Positions 26,690 through 38,120 of a stretch of DNA of 64,000 bases are shown piece by piece. The stretch is from contig NC_042997.1 in the NCBI RefSeq assembly GCF_006345805.1, positions 171,740,001 through 171,804,000 of the forward strand, written 5' to 3'. The number at the start of each line of letters is the position of its first letter. The stretch's first letter is position 1. The notes under the pieces were generated by a model that worked only from the letters and a program-made list of their open reading frames with translations, ran no database searches and was not told the DNA's origin. This DNA is from Octopus sinensis. Taxonomy: Eukaryota. A program made the translations under genes and the position numbers.

Positions 26690-26992
26690 CAGGCCCAATG
26701 GCCCAGTCGTTAGTGCAGCAGACTCGCGGTCATAGGATCGCGGTTTCGATTCCCAGACCGGGCGTTGTGTGTGTTTATTGAGTGAAAACACCTAAAAGCT
26801 CCACGAGGCTCCGGCAGGGGGTAGTGATCCCTGCTGTACTCTTTCACCACTCTTTCTCCCACTCTTTCTTCTGTTGGCCTGCTCGCTTAGCCAGCGGGAT
26901 GGCGTCATTTGAAGGCTAAAACAATGCGAACGCATTGTGACCAGCGATGTGTAACAACATCTGATGGTCTGGTCGGTCACGTGATCACGTGA
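26690..26992 (+). mobile_element. SINE family D (tRNA head, (cacgtgat)2 tail)
   Basis: ggcccaatggcccagtcgttag...ggtttcgattcccagacc head. Body shared with 34250-34528 (reverse complement). Confidence 0.8.
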
Positions 26993-27344
26993 TATATATA
27001 TATATGTGTGTGTGTGTGGTGTGTGTGTGTGTGTAGATGATTATACATAAACACACCCAAACATATATATATATATATTAGCTTTATAAACAGACTTAGA
27101 AGTGCTGACTGAGTTGGTATTTCACAGAAAATAAAGTAAATCTCTAATGCAGATTTGTGATTAAAAAGAGCTTAAATATCCTTCAGATGGGAGAAAAAAT
27201 GGAGCCAGCAGGATGCTACACAGAATCAAACCCTGTACCTCTCAAATACTTCTCAGCTGTCTTTTAAAGGGTGCTTACCCAATCTTCTAAGCTCTTTATA
27301 ACAGCTAATCTGCCCTCAAAATTTATTTTATTTTCTAGCTCCTG

Positions 27345-27667
27345 GGCCTCACAGAGGCAAAGTGCCCGAGCTCCTTTTGAGTGTTGGGCTTCAAGGAGGC
27401 AATAACCCAGACCTTTGGTATTATGTTGTGCTTGAGAAGAAGACCCATCAAGCTGAGCAAAATCGCAGTCATGGCAGATACTGGTGTCACGCAAGTGACA
27501 CATAAAAGCACCTCTTGGAGTGGTTAGTGTTAGGAAAGGCATCCAGCCATAGAAAACCATGCCAAATCAGACAGGATACTGGCACAGCCTTCCAGCGTGC
27601 TAGCCTAGTCATACTGTTCAACCCATACCAGCATGGACAACAGACGTGAAATGATGATGGTGATGAT
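27345..27667 (+). mobile_element. repeat B copy with RTE ORF-end module
   Basis: gacctttggtattatgttgtgcttgagaagaagacccatcaagctgagcaaaatc...gcatggacaacagacgtgaaatgatgatg. Confidence 0.85.
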
Positions 27668-27691
27668 AAATCTATATCGCTATTAAAATAC

Positions 27692-28012
27692 AGGACCAGA
27701 TACTGCAACAGCTTGAGTTTCAAGAGCCCACAACTCTTCAATTTCCTTCCAAAATGCTTGAGAGACCTGCATGGCATGGATGTAGGTGGCTTCAAAACAA
27801 AACTGGATCTCCTCCAATTAAGGGTTTCAGATGAGCCTACCTCATGGCAAGAAACAAAGATGAGAGCAGCAGCTTCAAACTTCCTCATTCATCAAATGCT
27901 ACATATCAGAGGGCAGTTTCAAATGATGAAGGTGTGGCACAGCCAACTGTTGTGCCACAGCATGACTGCAGCTTTAAAGCTGAAACATGTTACAGAGTTA
28001 AATAGTTAAAGA
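27692..28012 (+). mobile_element. 5'-truncated CR1-type LINE 3' end
   Basis: SPQLFNFLPKCLRDLHGMDVGGFKTKLDL...DEPTSWQETKMRAAASN is homologous to the end of the 57312-58502 ORF. Hairpin tail cagctttaaagctgaaac. Confidence 0.9.
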
Positions 28013-29084
28013 GGTATATCTACAGGGGTGGCCAAAAGTCAACTGACAGTAAATCAAAAGCATTTAATTGGTGTTAGGAAGGGCATCCAGCCATAAAAAT
28101 TCTGCCAAAACAAACACAGAAGTCTGATGCAGGCCCCTGTCTGGCCAGCTCCTGTCAAACTGTTCTACCTATGCCAGCATGGAAGGAGGACATTAAATGA
28201 TAATGAAGATGATGATGATGATGATGATGATGATAATGATCTATCTGTGTGCTTGTATCCCTGCTATCACTTGACGACTGGAGTTGGTTTGTTTACATCT
28301 CCGTAACTTAGCAGTTCAGCAAAAAGTGTCAATAGAATAAGTACCTGGCTTAAAAATAAATAGTATACTTTTCAAGGTGGTGCTCCTGCATAGCCACTGT
28401 CCAAAAATTGAAATATGTAAAAGATAACAGATAAGATATGTGTGAAAGTAAAGCTTATTATTGGAATTGAACCTTATTATTGGAGTTAAGCAGTCATGTC
28501 CGTGTCAAATATTTGTATCTGTATGTAACTCTGTGTGTGTTTTTGATTATATTTACACTTCTCCCAAAGTTTTTCAACAATGACATTACTGTCATCTCCC
28601 CTATCAGTGAATCAGCCTCTGGCTTTGCACTTAAGAAATAGGAGTAAAAATTTGGTAAAAGGACTGTTTAATTCCAATAATAAGGTTACTGGTTCAGACA
28701 CACTATATGGAAAATTGGGCAAGTGTCTTCTGCTATAGACCAACAAAAGACTTGTGAATAGATTTGGTAGACAGAAAGAGAGTCAAGACTATTGAAAAGG
28801 TTGCAAGACGCAACGAAAATTTTAGGAGAATAAAAATAAGAAATAAGTGGAAATTTTACCAGTGAGTGTGTGTTAAATTATAAGGTACAAAAAGAAAATG
28901 ACTCTCCCTAGACACAACAGTACATTACATCTTTCTTTGTACATGCACGTATATGAAGAGATTATTTCTGTACATATATAAGAAAGAAATATATGAGCAA
29001 ACATTTAAGAGTATAAAGAAAAAGGAAGAAAACATGGAAAAGATGTCAGGAATAAGTTTTACAATTAACTACAAGGATTTTGGC

Positions 29085-29345
29085 ATTTACCAGCAGAGAT
29101 TTTTGCATTTATCAACAGAATTTTTTATAATTATCTACACAGAATCATATATTTATTTACACAAATTTTTACATTTATCTACACAGATTTTTACATTAAT
29201 ATATGCCTATTTTACAATCATCATTCTCTCAAAATTTCACATTTAGCTACACATATTTTTTTACATTTACCAATACTTATTTTTACAATTATCTATACAT
29301 ATATTCACATTTACATAGCATGAATTTTATATATATTACATATAT
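29085..29345. repeat. degenerate ~21-23-bp minisatellite (ttttacatttatctacacagat-like)
   Basis: About 10 degenerate units read directly. Confidence 0.75.
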
Positions 29346-29978
29346 TTTATGCAGATTTGGTCTGCATAAAATATGAGCTATGTACTCAAAGTTTAGCTTT
29401 ATTGACATAATAAATAATTACTGTGTTTCACCTCTGGAAATCTTTTCCATTATCTTTCTGAAATAGCTGCAAATACCACTGAGAAGTAATAAGCTGTATG
29501 GTACTGAATCTTTTAATTGTTTGTGATGCATAGTTAGAGTTACTTACTTTTACTTAAGCTACTAATACTCTTAAGAAACACAAAAATGTCACATTAATCA
29601 CATATTTATTAATCTGAGTCCTTTCATCTGTATAAGAAATTAATACTTTATATCATCAAAGAGGCTAAGGATCATGGGAAGTTAAAAATATGATAGGTAT
29701 CAATCTCTAAATGAAGCTGTTAGACTTCTCTCGCATTATTTATGTCCTGAGGTAAGGCATGGGTGTCACAAATTATCTTCATTTCTTGCTTCCCTTAAAT
29801 TACCAAGTCTTCATCATCACCTAAAAAGGAATGGTTATTTTTTCTCATCTCTGGATTTGTAGAAATGGTAGTTTCACTCTTTCGTATTGGAAGTTAATCT
29901 GCAAAATGCAATGTTTAATGTTTATGTATCCACATTGTTTTAAATTAATCATGCATTATCTCATAGTTTGAGGATTTT

Positions 29979-30016
<38 letters not shown>

Positions 30017-30317
30017 GATAACCACTTGTCTCCCCTACACTTACCTCCTTCTCCCCCACCCCACCCTATATAAACTAGCTCACTCAGATTCCCCAACCTC
30101 ATTTTAATCACCTCGCCAAAAAAGTAGAAAACCAGAAGACGTTCAGATGAGCAATCTTGTTCTTTCAACCTCATACATCTCTCATCCTTCTCTTTCAGCG
30201 CAGACCCCAATAATTAGCTTATTAGTTCATTTCATTATTCTATCTATTTCATTACCCATGTAAACATAGTTTCGTCTTCCATGCTGTATGTTTAAAAAAA
30301 AACAAAAAAACACTTAA

Positions 30318-30537
30318 CCCTTTCGTTACCAACCTGACTGAAACCGGCTCTGGCTCTGAGTACAAATATCTTGTTTTCATAAGTTTTGAATTAAAATCCT
30401 TCACCAAACCTTAGTCACAATTTATGTTCCTAATTCCAGCTTCATGATAACTAAGTTATTTTACTAAATTCTTTGTTATATTTAAAGTAATTGAAAGAAA
30501 CACATAGCATCTCAAAATAAATACAGTAATGAAAGGG
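30318..30537. mobile_element. piggyBac-type MITE (220 bp)
   Basis: TTAA|ccctttcgttac...gtaatgaaaggg|TTAA. Empty cacttaagatcc site in the paralog. Second copy at 62883-63101. Confidence 0.92.
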
Positions 30538-30916
30538 TTAAGATCCCTTTCGCCGATCCAACTCTTCCTCTTTCTCCCCCTCTTTCATGCTCATTTATTA
30601 TCATCTCTTATTCATTCATTTATCTTATTTTGTCACAGATTAGCTAACTGAAAACTCTTGGTTATAGCTCTAGTTAAGATTTTCAAATGCCCAATTCTAA
30701 TTCTCTCACACCGGCAGCCTGAGTTTTTGGTGTTTCATTAAATTATGTTACCCTAAATCCCAAAATATTTTCTCTCTTTTGCTCTATCTTTGACCAACCT
30801 AACTCTGGTCTCTCTCTCTGTCTCTCTCTCTCTCTCGGTTTCTATCACTGTCTCGATAACCACTTGCCTCCCCAACACTTACCTCCTTCTCCCCCACCCC
30901 ACCCTATATAAACTAG

Positions 30917-31318
30917 GGATCTTTTCGGTTTGGACGGCAGTTTTTTCTAGCGGTGTCATATGAAATTGTCACCCATAATTATGACCCTAGTATCGATCTA
31001 TTGCATTTCAATCTGTTTTAGGGTTAGGGTTAGGGGTGGGGGTGGGAAAGGTATCTTTTTTTTCTTCACAAATGTAAGTAAACCCAATCTGTTTCTTAAA
31101 CAAGGGACATATTCATACGGCACAGAATGTTTTCACCTCAATAGACGTCATTGATTGGTTGAAATTGCAGAAAAAAAACAACAAATATCTTACAAACTAT
31201 AGAATTTTCTCAATAAAACCAACAGAAAAATATGTTAAATTAACACATTCTACTAGTATACAAAGTTTAGTTAGATGGAAATTATTTTAAAAAACTACCA
31301 TTCAAATCGAAAAGATCC
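30917..31318. mobile_element. 402-bp MITE with GG...CC ends and 8-bp TSD (Merlin-like by structure)
   Basis: TIRs ggatcttttcggtttg / caaatcgaaaagatcc (15/16 match). TSD taaactag at 30909-30916 and 31319-31326. Single taaactag in the paralog at 30071-30078. Confidence 0.88.
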
Positions 31319-31799
31319 TAAACTAGCTCACTCAGATTCCCCTACCTCTTTTTAATCCCCTCACCAAAAGAGTAGAAAACCAGAAGATGTTCAGATAAGC
31401 AATCTTGTTCTTTCAACCTTGTACATCTCTAATCCTTCTTTCAGCACAGACCATAATAATTACCTTATTAGTTCATTTCATTATTTCTTTAGCTATGTAA
31501 ACATAGTTTCGTCTTCCATGCTGTATGTTTGAAAAAAAAACACACTTAAGATCCTTTTCACTCAATCCAATTCTATCTCTTTCCTCCTATCTTTCATGCT
31601 CATTTATTATTGTCCCTTATTCATTCATTTATCTAATTTTGTCACAGATTGGCTGACCGAAAATCTTGGTTATAGAACTAGTTAAGATTTTCAAATGCCC
31701 TATTCTATCTCACTATTATCATAATATTCTCTGACACCGGCAACTTGAGTTTCTGCTGTTTCACAGTGCGCCCACCACCTGTACCGAAAGTCTCTATCC

Positions 31800-32285
31800 T
31801 CTGACCTCACACAAGTCTTGACATTGAGCAAGAAGGGTGGAACAAACCAAATGATGTTTCTGTGGTGCTTCCTTTTCTGGATCTAGGGCCCAGTATGTAG
31901 GAGGTATGATCCATAAAAAACCCAGTTGATGCCAAGCACTACTCATTGTAGTTGGGCACAGTGGCGTTGAAGATGTCTTGGCTAGAGGATAGATTCGAGA
32001 TCCTCTTGCTTACACCTTTCACTAGGTTCTTGGAAACTATAGGGGGTGGGGTGGGGTGGCAGGTGACTATGCTAATATAGGGCAGTTTCTTGTTTGGCTT
32101 GTGATAGGGCCTGTATATACCTGAGCCCAAATCTAAAGTAACATCTAAGAAATCTACTGTGGTGAGATTAGTCTCAATGGTGATCTTGAGTCCCATTGAG
32201 CCTAGGGTACTAATTAGGTCCTGTCTAAGTCTATCTAGTGTGTGTATACCAGTTAGATATTGTTGTTAGTAATTGGCTGTCTCCT
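31800..32285 (-). mobile_element. Penelope-like RT thumb fragment (second family)
   Basis: LDRLRQDLISTLGSMGLKITIETNLTTVDFLDVTLDL...YRPYHKPN...KRISNLSSSQDIF, then RKHHRNIIWFVPPFLLNVKT. Confidence 0.88.
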
Positions 32286-32721
32286 TTCACCTTTCTATAG
32301 TTCTGCTCAATCCTCAGTCATGGATGACTTATGGACCAAACAGTAATGATATTTAGAAGGTAGTGTAGTCAAGAGAACAGAAATCAATAAACTTACAGAA
32401 CTGCTGAACTAAACACATTTCATTATTCCTGCCTACTGCATTATAATTTGCTCCTCTTCAGTTACAAGTAAAATATTGCTTATTTGAACATGTGACCAAG
32501 AGGTTTGTCAATAAAGATCTCGATCATAATGTCATGAGCTTCGTTCCCAGTTTTAGAGGTACATTGTGTACTTGGGCAAGGCACTCTACTTCGTGTTACT
32601 CCAGTCCATTCAGCAAGCAAAAATGATTATTAAACCTGACAGAATGCCACTCAGGATCAAGTCAGTATGGCAGCGTTAAGGAGTCTATGGTATAGGCCAA
32701 AACCTTCAAATATGAAGAGGA

Positions 32722-32850
32722 GCACATCCAGGAAGAGGAAGGATCACATCCAGGAAGAGGGGTACCTTCAGGAAGAGGGGTACGTCCAGCAAGAGGGATA
32801 CATCCAAAGAACAAAGTACGTCCACGAAGTGGGGTACATTCAGCAGTGGA
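32722..32850 (+). repeat. degenerate 18-bp purine-rich tandem repeat
   Basis: catccaggaagaggggta-like unit repeated about 7 times. Confidence 0.8.
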
Positions 32851-33871
32851 CTCCTACATCTTGTTTTGACCCTTTATAATTCTCATTATAAAACTGAGAC
32901 ATTTTTTGAAGAGAAAGAAACTTGTGTGTTGCATCCCTCATCATAAACTTTTACATTTTAAACATTTCCTTCCTCAGCTTTCTCTCTTTCTCTTTCTCTC
33001 TCACTTACTCTTCTCTCTCTCTCTCTCTCTCTCTTTTAGCTATGTTTCTTACCCTCCTTTCTTTTATTGTTGTTACCATTATAATTATGTCTCTCATCCT
33101 ACTTACTTTCCTTCCATCTCATTTCTCAGTTCCTAGCTATATTTATTTTTCCACATTGAAATGTTTTATCAGTTCCAAGATTAATAATGCATAATGAATC
33201 TCTAAAGCTTCTGGAAACTCTCTGCATTCTTCACATTTCTCCACTAATTCCTACCATCTTCCTTTCTCTTTTTTCTAGTTAGTCAGGTCTTTGACTTTTG
33301 TCTTTTACCTTCTATATTTCCCGTCTCTCCTCTGCTTTTTCCTTTCCAGTCACATCCCTTCTTTTACCCCTACATATCCACTGTGTCCTGTCAACTATTT
33401 TTCCACTTTATACATCTTACTTTCTGTCTTCCTAATGTCTGTCTGTCTTCTATACTGAAATATACCATCAACGCCAAGACTAATAATGTATGATAAATCT
33501 CCTAATTTTTTACAATTGGCTGCCTTCTTAACACTTCTCCATTCCATTCTTTTCTTCATTCTCTATCGGCTGTCTACCAATTTGAAGTATTTTTATCAAT
33601 TCCAAGAACTGATAAATAAAATGGAAAGAATCTCCAAACTTCTCACAAATTACTTACTTTCTTCACTCTTCTCCATTACCTTCAATTGTCTTCTTTCTGT
33701 CTTCTACATGGTTGGTCGGCAAGCTTATTCCATTTGCCATTTTCTACATTCTTCTGTCTTAATGTCTACTGTCTTCCATAGTTTGCCATTTCCTCCTTTC
33801 TGATTTTGTCTCCTATTTCACCATTCATTTCTTTCCTTCTTAAAGGTTTCAACTACTGCTATTGCTACTAC

Positions 33872-33903
<32 letters not shown>

Positions 33904-34187
33904 GTAGTAGTAGTAGTAGTACACCGTCATCATCGTTATAGTCAATATCACAAGTGTTATTGTAATCATGATCATATTAGCCTTAAACACTGTTCAGTTT
34001 GTGCCCTATACCCATACCAAGGTTGTATTTATTAATCTTCATTTGGGAAAAGTTGACCGTGTCTTTGAAGTTTTAGCTTGCTTGCCATCCTCAGACTGAT
34101 TAATGAACACACACACACACAACACACACACACACACATATATAATGCATATATATCAATATATATATTAATGTATCTATCTATCTA

Positions 34188-34249
<62 letters not shown>

Positions 34250-34252
<3 letters not shown>

Positions 34253-34528
34253 TATGCGCCCTTTTCAAGCCTAGCCAGGCTCATGGGCCCAGTTTCCCGG
34301 TTTCTATGGTGTATGTGTTCCTCCCAGCTGGATGGGACGCCAGTCGATCACAGAGTGAGAGAAAGTTGGGGCGAAAGAGTACAACAGGGGTCGCCACCAC
34401 CCCCTGCCAGAGCCTCATGGAGCTTTAGGTGTTTTCGCTCAATAAACACACAAAACACCCGGTCTGGGAATCAAAACCGCGATCCTCTGACTGCGAGTCC
34501 ACTGCCCTAATCACTGGGCCATTGCGCC
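34250..34528 (-). mobile_element. SINE family D variant with a different 3' half
   Basis: Minus strand ggcgcaatggcccagtgattaggg...ttttgattcccagacc head. Diverges from the 26690 copy after about 175 bp. Confidence 0.8.
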
Positions 34529-34529
34529 T

Positions 34530-34592
<63 letters not shown>

Positions 34593-34659
34593 TGTATATG
34601 TATGTATGTATCTGTCTACCTGCATAGGTATGCATGTATGCAATGATGTGCATATTCAT

Positions 34660-35232
34660 TCTCAACATGTTTTCTATCAAGTTTCAACATGAATATGCTT
34701 TTCATTGAGGATCTGATCAAAGACTTTGCAATTCGAAAAAGTAGGAGGAAACTTTCCAAATATAAATAAAGTGGAAGTATACAAAAATAAACATTATTGT
34801 TCCTCTTACTGTTTTGTTTCATTTGGAAAAATAAAAATTTATTTTGTGGTTTGTTATTGTTTATATTTTGAATTACATAATTCGGAAACATCTTTTCACG
34901 CTAAGAGTTGCTGAAGCATGGAACAAACTGCCGGCATCAGTTGTTAGTTGTCAGAGCACTGCATCCTTCAAAACTTCCATGCTTCCTGAGATTCACCAAC
35001 ACTACACCTGATTTTCTCCCCTCCATACACACGCAAGCATGTATCTGACTCATACACTGTTCACTTTCCAGACATTTTTACATTACTGCATATGCTTTAT
35101 ATGCACTTTTGACAAGTTGTGGTGCACCTGAGCACTGTATACAATAATTTCATTATTATTATTATAATCTTTTATGGGGGCACCAAAATCTTTTAAGTAC
35201 TTAGGGCTTCGATGGGTCTTAATACGGCCCGG
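34660..35232 (+). mobile_element. hAT-type 3' end interrupted by a LINE fragment
   Basis: Homologous to 22425-22680 (reverse complement). Ends gggtcttaatacggccc. Confidence 0.75.
34883..35163 (+). mobile_element. 5'-truncated L2/CR1-type LINE with (ATT)n tail
   Basis: RKHLFTLRVAEAWNKLPASVVSCQSTASFK motif. Absent from the paralogous hAT site near 22490. Confidence 0.8.
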
Positions 35233-35349
35233 CTCTGGTAGACAGGATTACAATTCTACTCTCACTGATGAGCATGATTGATCTTTTTGTTTAACAAGTT
35301 TTAAGGCTTAGTTAAAGGAGAAAGAACTGATTGGAGGAAAGGAGAAATT

Positions 35350-35720
35350 CATTTTCAAGTAATCATCATCATCATCTTCATCATCGTTTAACGTCCGTTT
35401 TTCGTGCTATCACGGGTTGGATGGTTCAACCGGGGTCTGGGAAGCCAGGAGGCTGCACCAGGCTCCAGTCTGATCTGGCAGTGTTTCTACAGCTGGATGC
35501 CCTTCCTAATGCCAACCACTCTGTGAGTGTAGTGGGTGCTTTTTACGTTCCACCAGCACAGGTGCCAGGGGAGGCTGGCATTGACCATGATCGGTTGGTG
35601 ATTTTTACATGCCACTGGCACAGAAGCCAGTCAAGGCGGTGCTGGCATCAGCCACAATCAGTTGGTGTCTTTTACATGCCGCCGGCACAGGTATCACAAC
35701 TACAATTTCCATTTGATGTA
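35350..35720 (-). mobile_element. repeat B copy
   Basis: Same consensus as other B copies. Confidence 0.88.
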
Positions 35721-35789
35721 GCAAATTAATGGATGAAAAAGAAGCTCCTGGTTCATCTCTCAAAAGCTAAATACATGCTTGTTTGCTTG

Positions 35790-36130
35790 TTTACTTCATG
35801 CTCTTGCTTGGTGGAGTTGGGGGTCATCTCAGGTTTGTGGTCCCAGAGATATCATTTTGCATAGAGCCAACCATGTTCTACAGTGCTCTCCATTGATGAC
35901 TGTCCTGTGCCAACCCCTCTGCATCCTACAAAATGATGTTGAGCCTCTGGAGATCTTCCTTAATTACGTCCAGCCATCTTGTGTAGGGCCTGCCTTGAGG
36001 CTTCTTCCAGCCAGCAACTGTTACATTGAACAAGAGTAAGGCCCTGGTAAGATGATATGGCAGGAGGCAGAGGACATGTCAATACCAGCACATGCAATGG
36101 ATAGCTATGAAATGGGAGGCTGTGGGCTGA
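35790..36130 (-). mobile_element. RTE-type LINE C-terminal remnant
   Basis: Minus strand KKPQGRPYTRWLDVIKEDLQRLNIIL*DAEGLAQDSHQWRAL. Confidence 0.7.
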
Positions 36131-36899
36131 TGTGTGTGTGTGCACACAGTTCTTTGCTGTTTTATTTTCATTAGAATTCTATGAACATTATTATGCATTT
36201 TGAATTTGATTGTGAAAGAAATACATGCTGAATATTTCAAATTCCTGGGAATTATTGTTGATAAGAATCTTAAATGGAAACCACATATTGATCTAACATG
36301 TAGGTGAACACTTACAACTACAGGTAGCTTATCTCACACAGGAAATTATTTTCCTAGGCATATGCTACACAACATATGCTACACAAATATACATCAGACA
36401 CATATTAGTTGAATTCTAAGCCATAACACTGATACTGTTTTATAGTGTGAGTGGAGGTGCATCCTAATAAAGAGGAATATTTACAAAGAGGAAATTTGAG
36501 ATTAGATTTTAGATAAAATACATTTGAATGAAACACATTTCTAGATGTACCAATTGCTTTTGTAGTAGTTTTAAAGTTTCCAGACATATACGTACTTGTA
36601 CAATTCAAATTCTACAATGGTTTTTGTTTTGATGCTTTGTTTGAATATCTGTGGTCTGTAGGATTATCAAACAACTCTGATAGAACTAAATGCTCGTATA
36701 TGTGTAATGCAAACAACGGTCACCTGAGTCATGATCACTTGTAATCTGAGGCCGTGCAGTTAATAAGCTTGCTTTCTAACCATGCAGTCTTGGGTTCAGT
36801 CACACTGTGTGGCAACTAGGACAAGTGCCTTCTAATATAGCCCCTGACTGAACAAAGCCTTGTGAGTAAATTTGGCAGATGGAAACTAGAAGAAGCCCA

Positions 36900-36963
36900 T
36901 AATACATATATGCATATAAATATATGTACATGTATATATATACATATGTATGTATATATATAT

Positions 36964-37033
<70 letters not shown>

Positions 37034-37042
37034 TATATATAC

Positions 37043-37085
<43 letters not shown>

Positions 37086-37460
37086 ACGCCAACCACTCCG
37101 AAAGTGTAGTGGGTGATTTTATGTGCCACCGACACAGGTGCCAGACGAGGCTGGCGAACGGCCACGCTCGGATAAAAACACCATCCGAGCGTGGCCGTTC
37201 GCCAGCCTCATCTGGCACCTGTGTCGGTGGCACATAAAATCACCCACTACACTCTCGGAGTGGTTGGCGTTAGGAAGGGCATCCAGCTGTAGAAACACTG
37301 CCAGATCTGACTGGCCTGGTGCAGCCTTCGGGCTCCCCAGACCCCAGTTGAAACGTCCAACCCATGCTAGCATGGAAAGCGGACGTTAAATGATGATGAT
37401 GATGATGATGATGATATATATATATTATATATATATATATAGATATATATATATACACAC

Positions 37461-37502
<42 letters not shown>

Positions 37503-37546
37503 TACACATATATATATATTATATATATATACACATATATATATAT

Positions 37547-37578
<32 letters not shown>

Positions 37579-37698
37579 GAATATATATATAATATATATA
37601 TATATTATATAATATATATATATATATATACATATAATATATATATATATATAATATATATATATATATATACACATATATATATCTATATATACATA

Positions 37699-37794
<96 letters not shown>

Positions 37795-37795
37795 T
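36900..37795. repeat. long (TA)n-rich tracts flanking the B foldback
   Basis: Direct reading (36900-37083 and 37410-37795). Confidence 0.95.
37084..37410 (+). mobile_element. repeat B copy with 90-bp 5' inverted duplication
   Basis: 37084-37173 is the reverse complement of 37183-37272 with 2 mismatches. (GAT)n tail at 37390. Confidence 0.92.
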
Positions 37796-38120
37796 CAAAT
37801 AGAGGTTATATTGGTCTCATGAAGGGATGGTATCATCCAAGGAAATACTGGTTCAATACTTAATATTGGGTGGGTGGGGTGGGGCCTTAATATCCATAAA
37901 ATAATAGGTTTATATATAAACCATGGCTTATAATCATGCAAATGAATAATAAGAAAATGGAAACATTGAAGTTAATAAGAGTTTATGATCGATTTTTTGT
38001 TGATAATAAACTGTTATTAACTTCAGTATCTCCCTTTTCATATTATTCACACACACACACACACACGCACACGCACACACACACATATTATATTTATACA
38101 TGCACATGCACATATATGTA

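Larger units (their letters stand above)
29980..31752 (+). repeat. tandem duplication (29980-30726 and 30808-31752), each copy with a different MITE
   Basis: Colinear from tgtctcgataaccacttg to cacaccggca(g/a)c(c/t)tgagttt once the two inserts are removed. Confidence 0.92.

Noticed and set aside
26690-26765. tRNA genes at SINE heads (also 56938, 16088, 46727, 55088)
   Set aside because: They have A/B boxes but no complete cloverleaf, and they continue into SINE bodies.
27264-27345. Minus-strand exon candidate ELENKINFEGRLAVIKSLEDW|gtaagc
   Set aside because: No acceptor is visible because the upstream side is repeat B, and no supporting partner exon was found.
31018-31035. Telomeric (TTAGGG)3
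   Set aside because: Only three units, internal to a MITE.
31765-31800. acctgtacc-GAAAG half-hammerhead next to the PLE fragment
   Set aside because: The CTGANGA half and its pairing partner are absent.
32900-33850. Long pyrimidine-rich tract
   Set aside because: Low-complexity sequence with no defined unit or coding signal.
36230-36300. KFLGIIVDKNLKWKPHID LINE-like peptide
   Set aside because: Probably a tiny RT remnant, but too short to delimit or classify.
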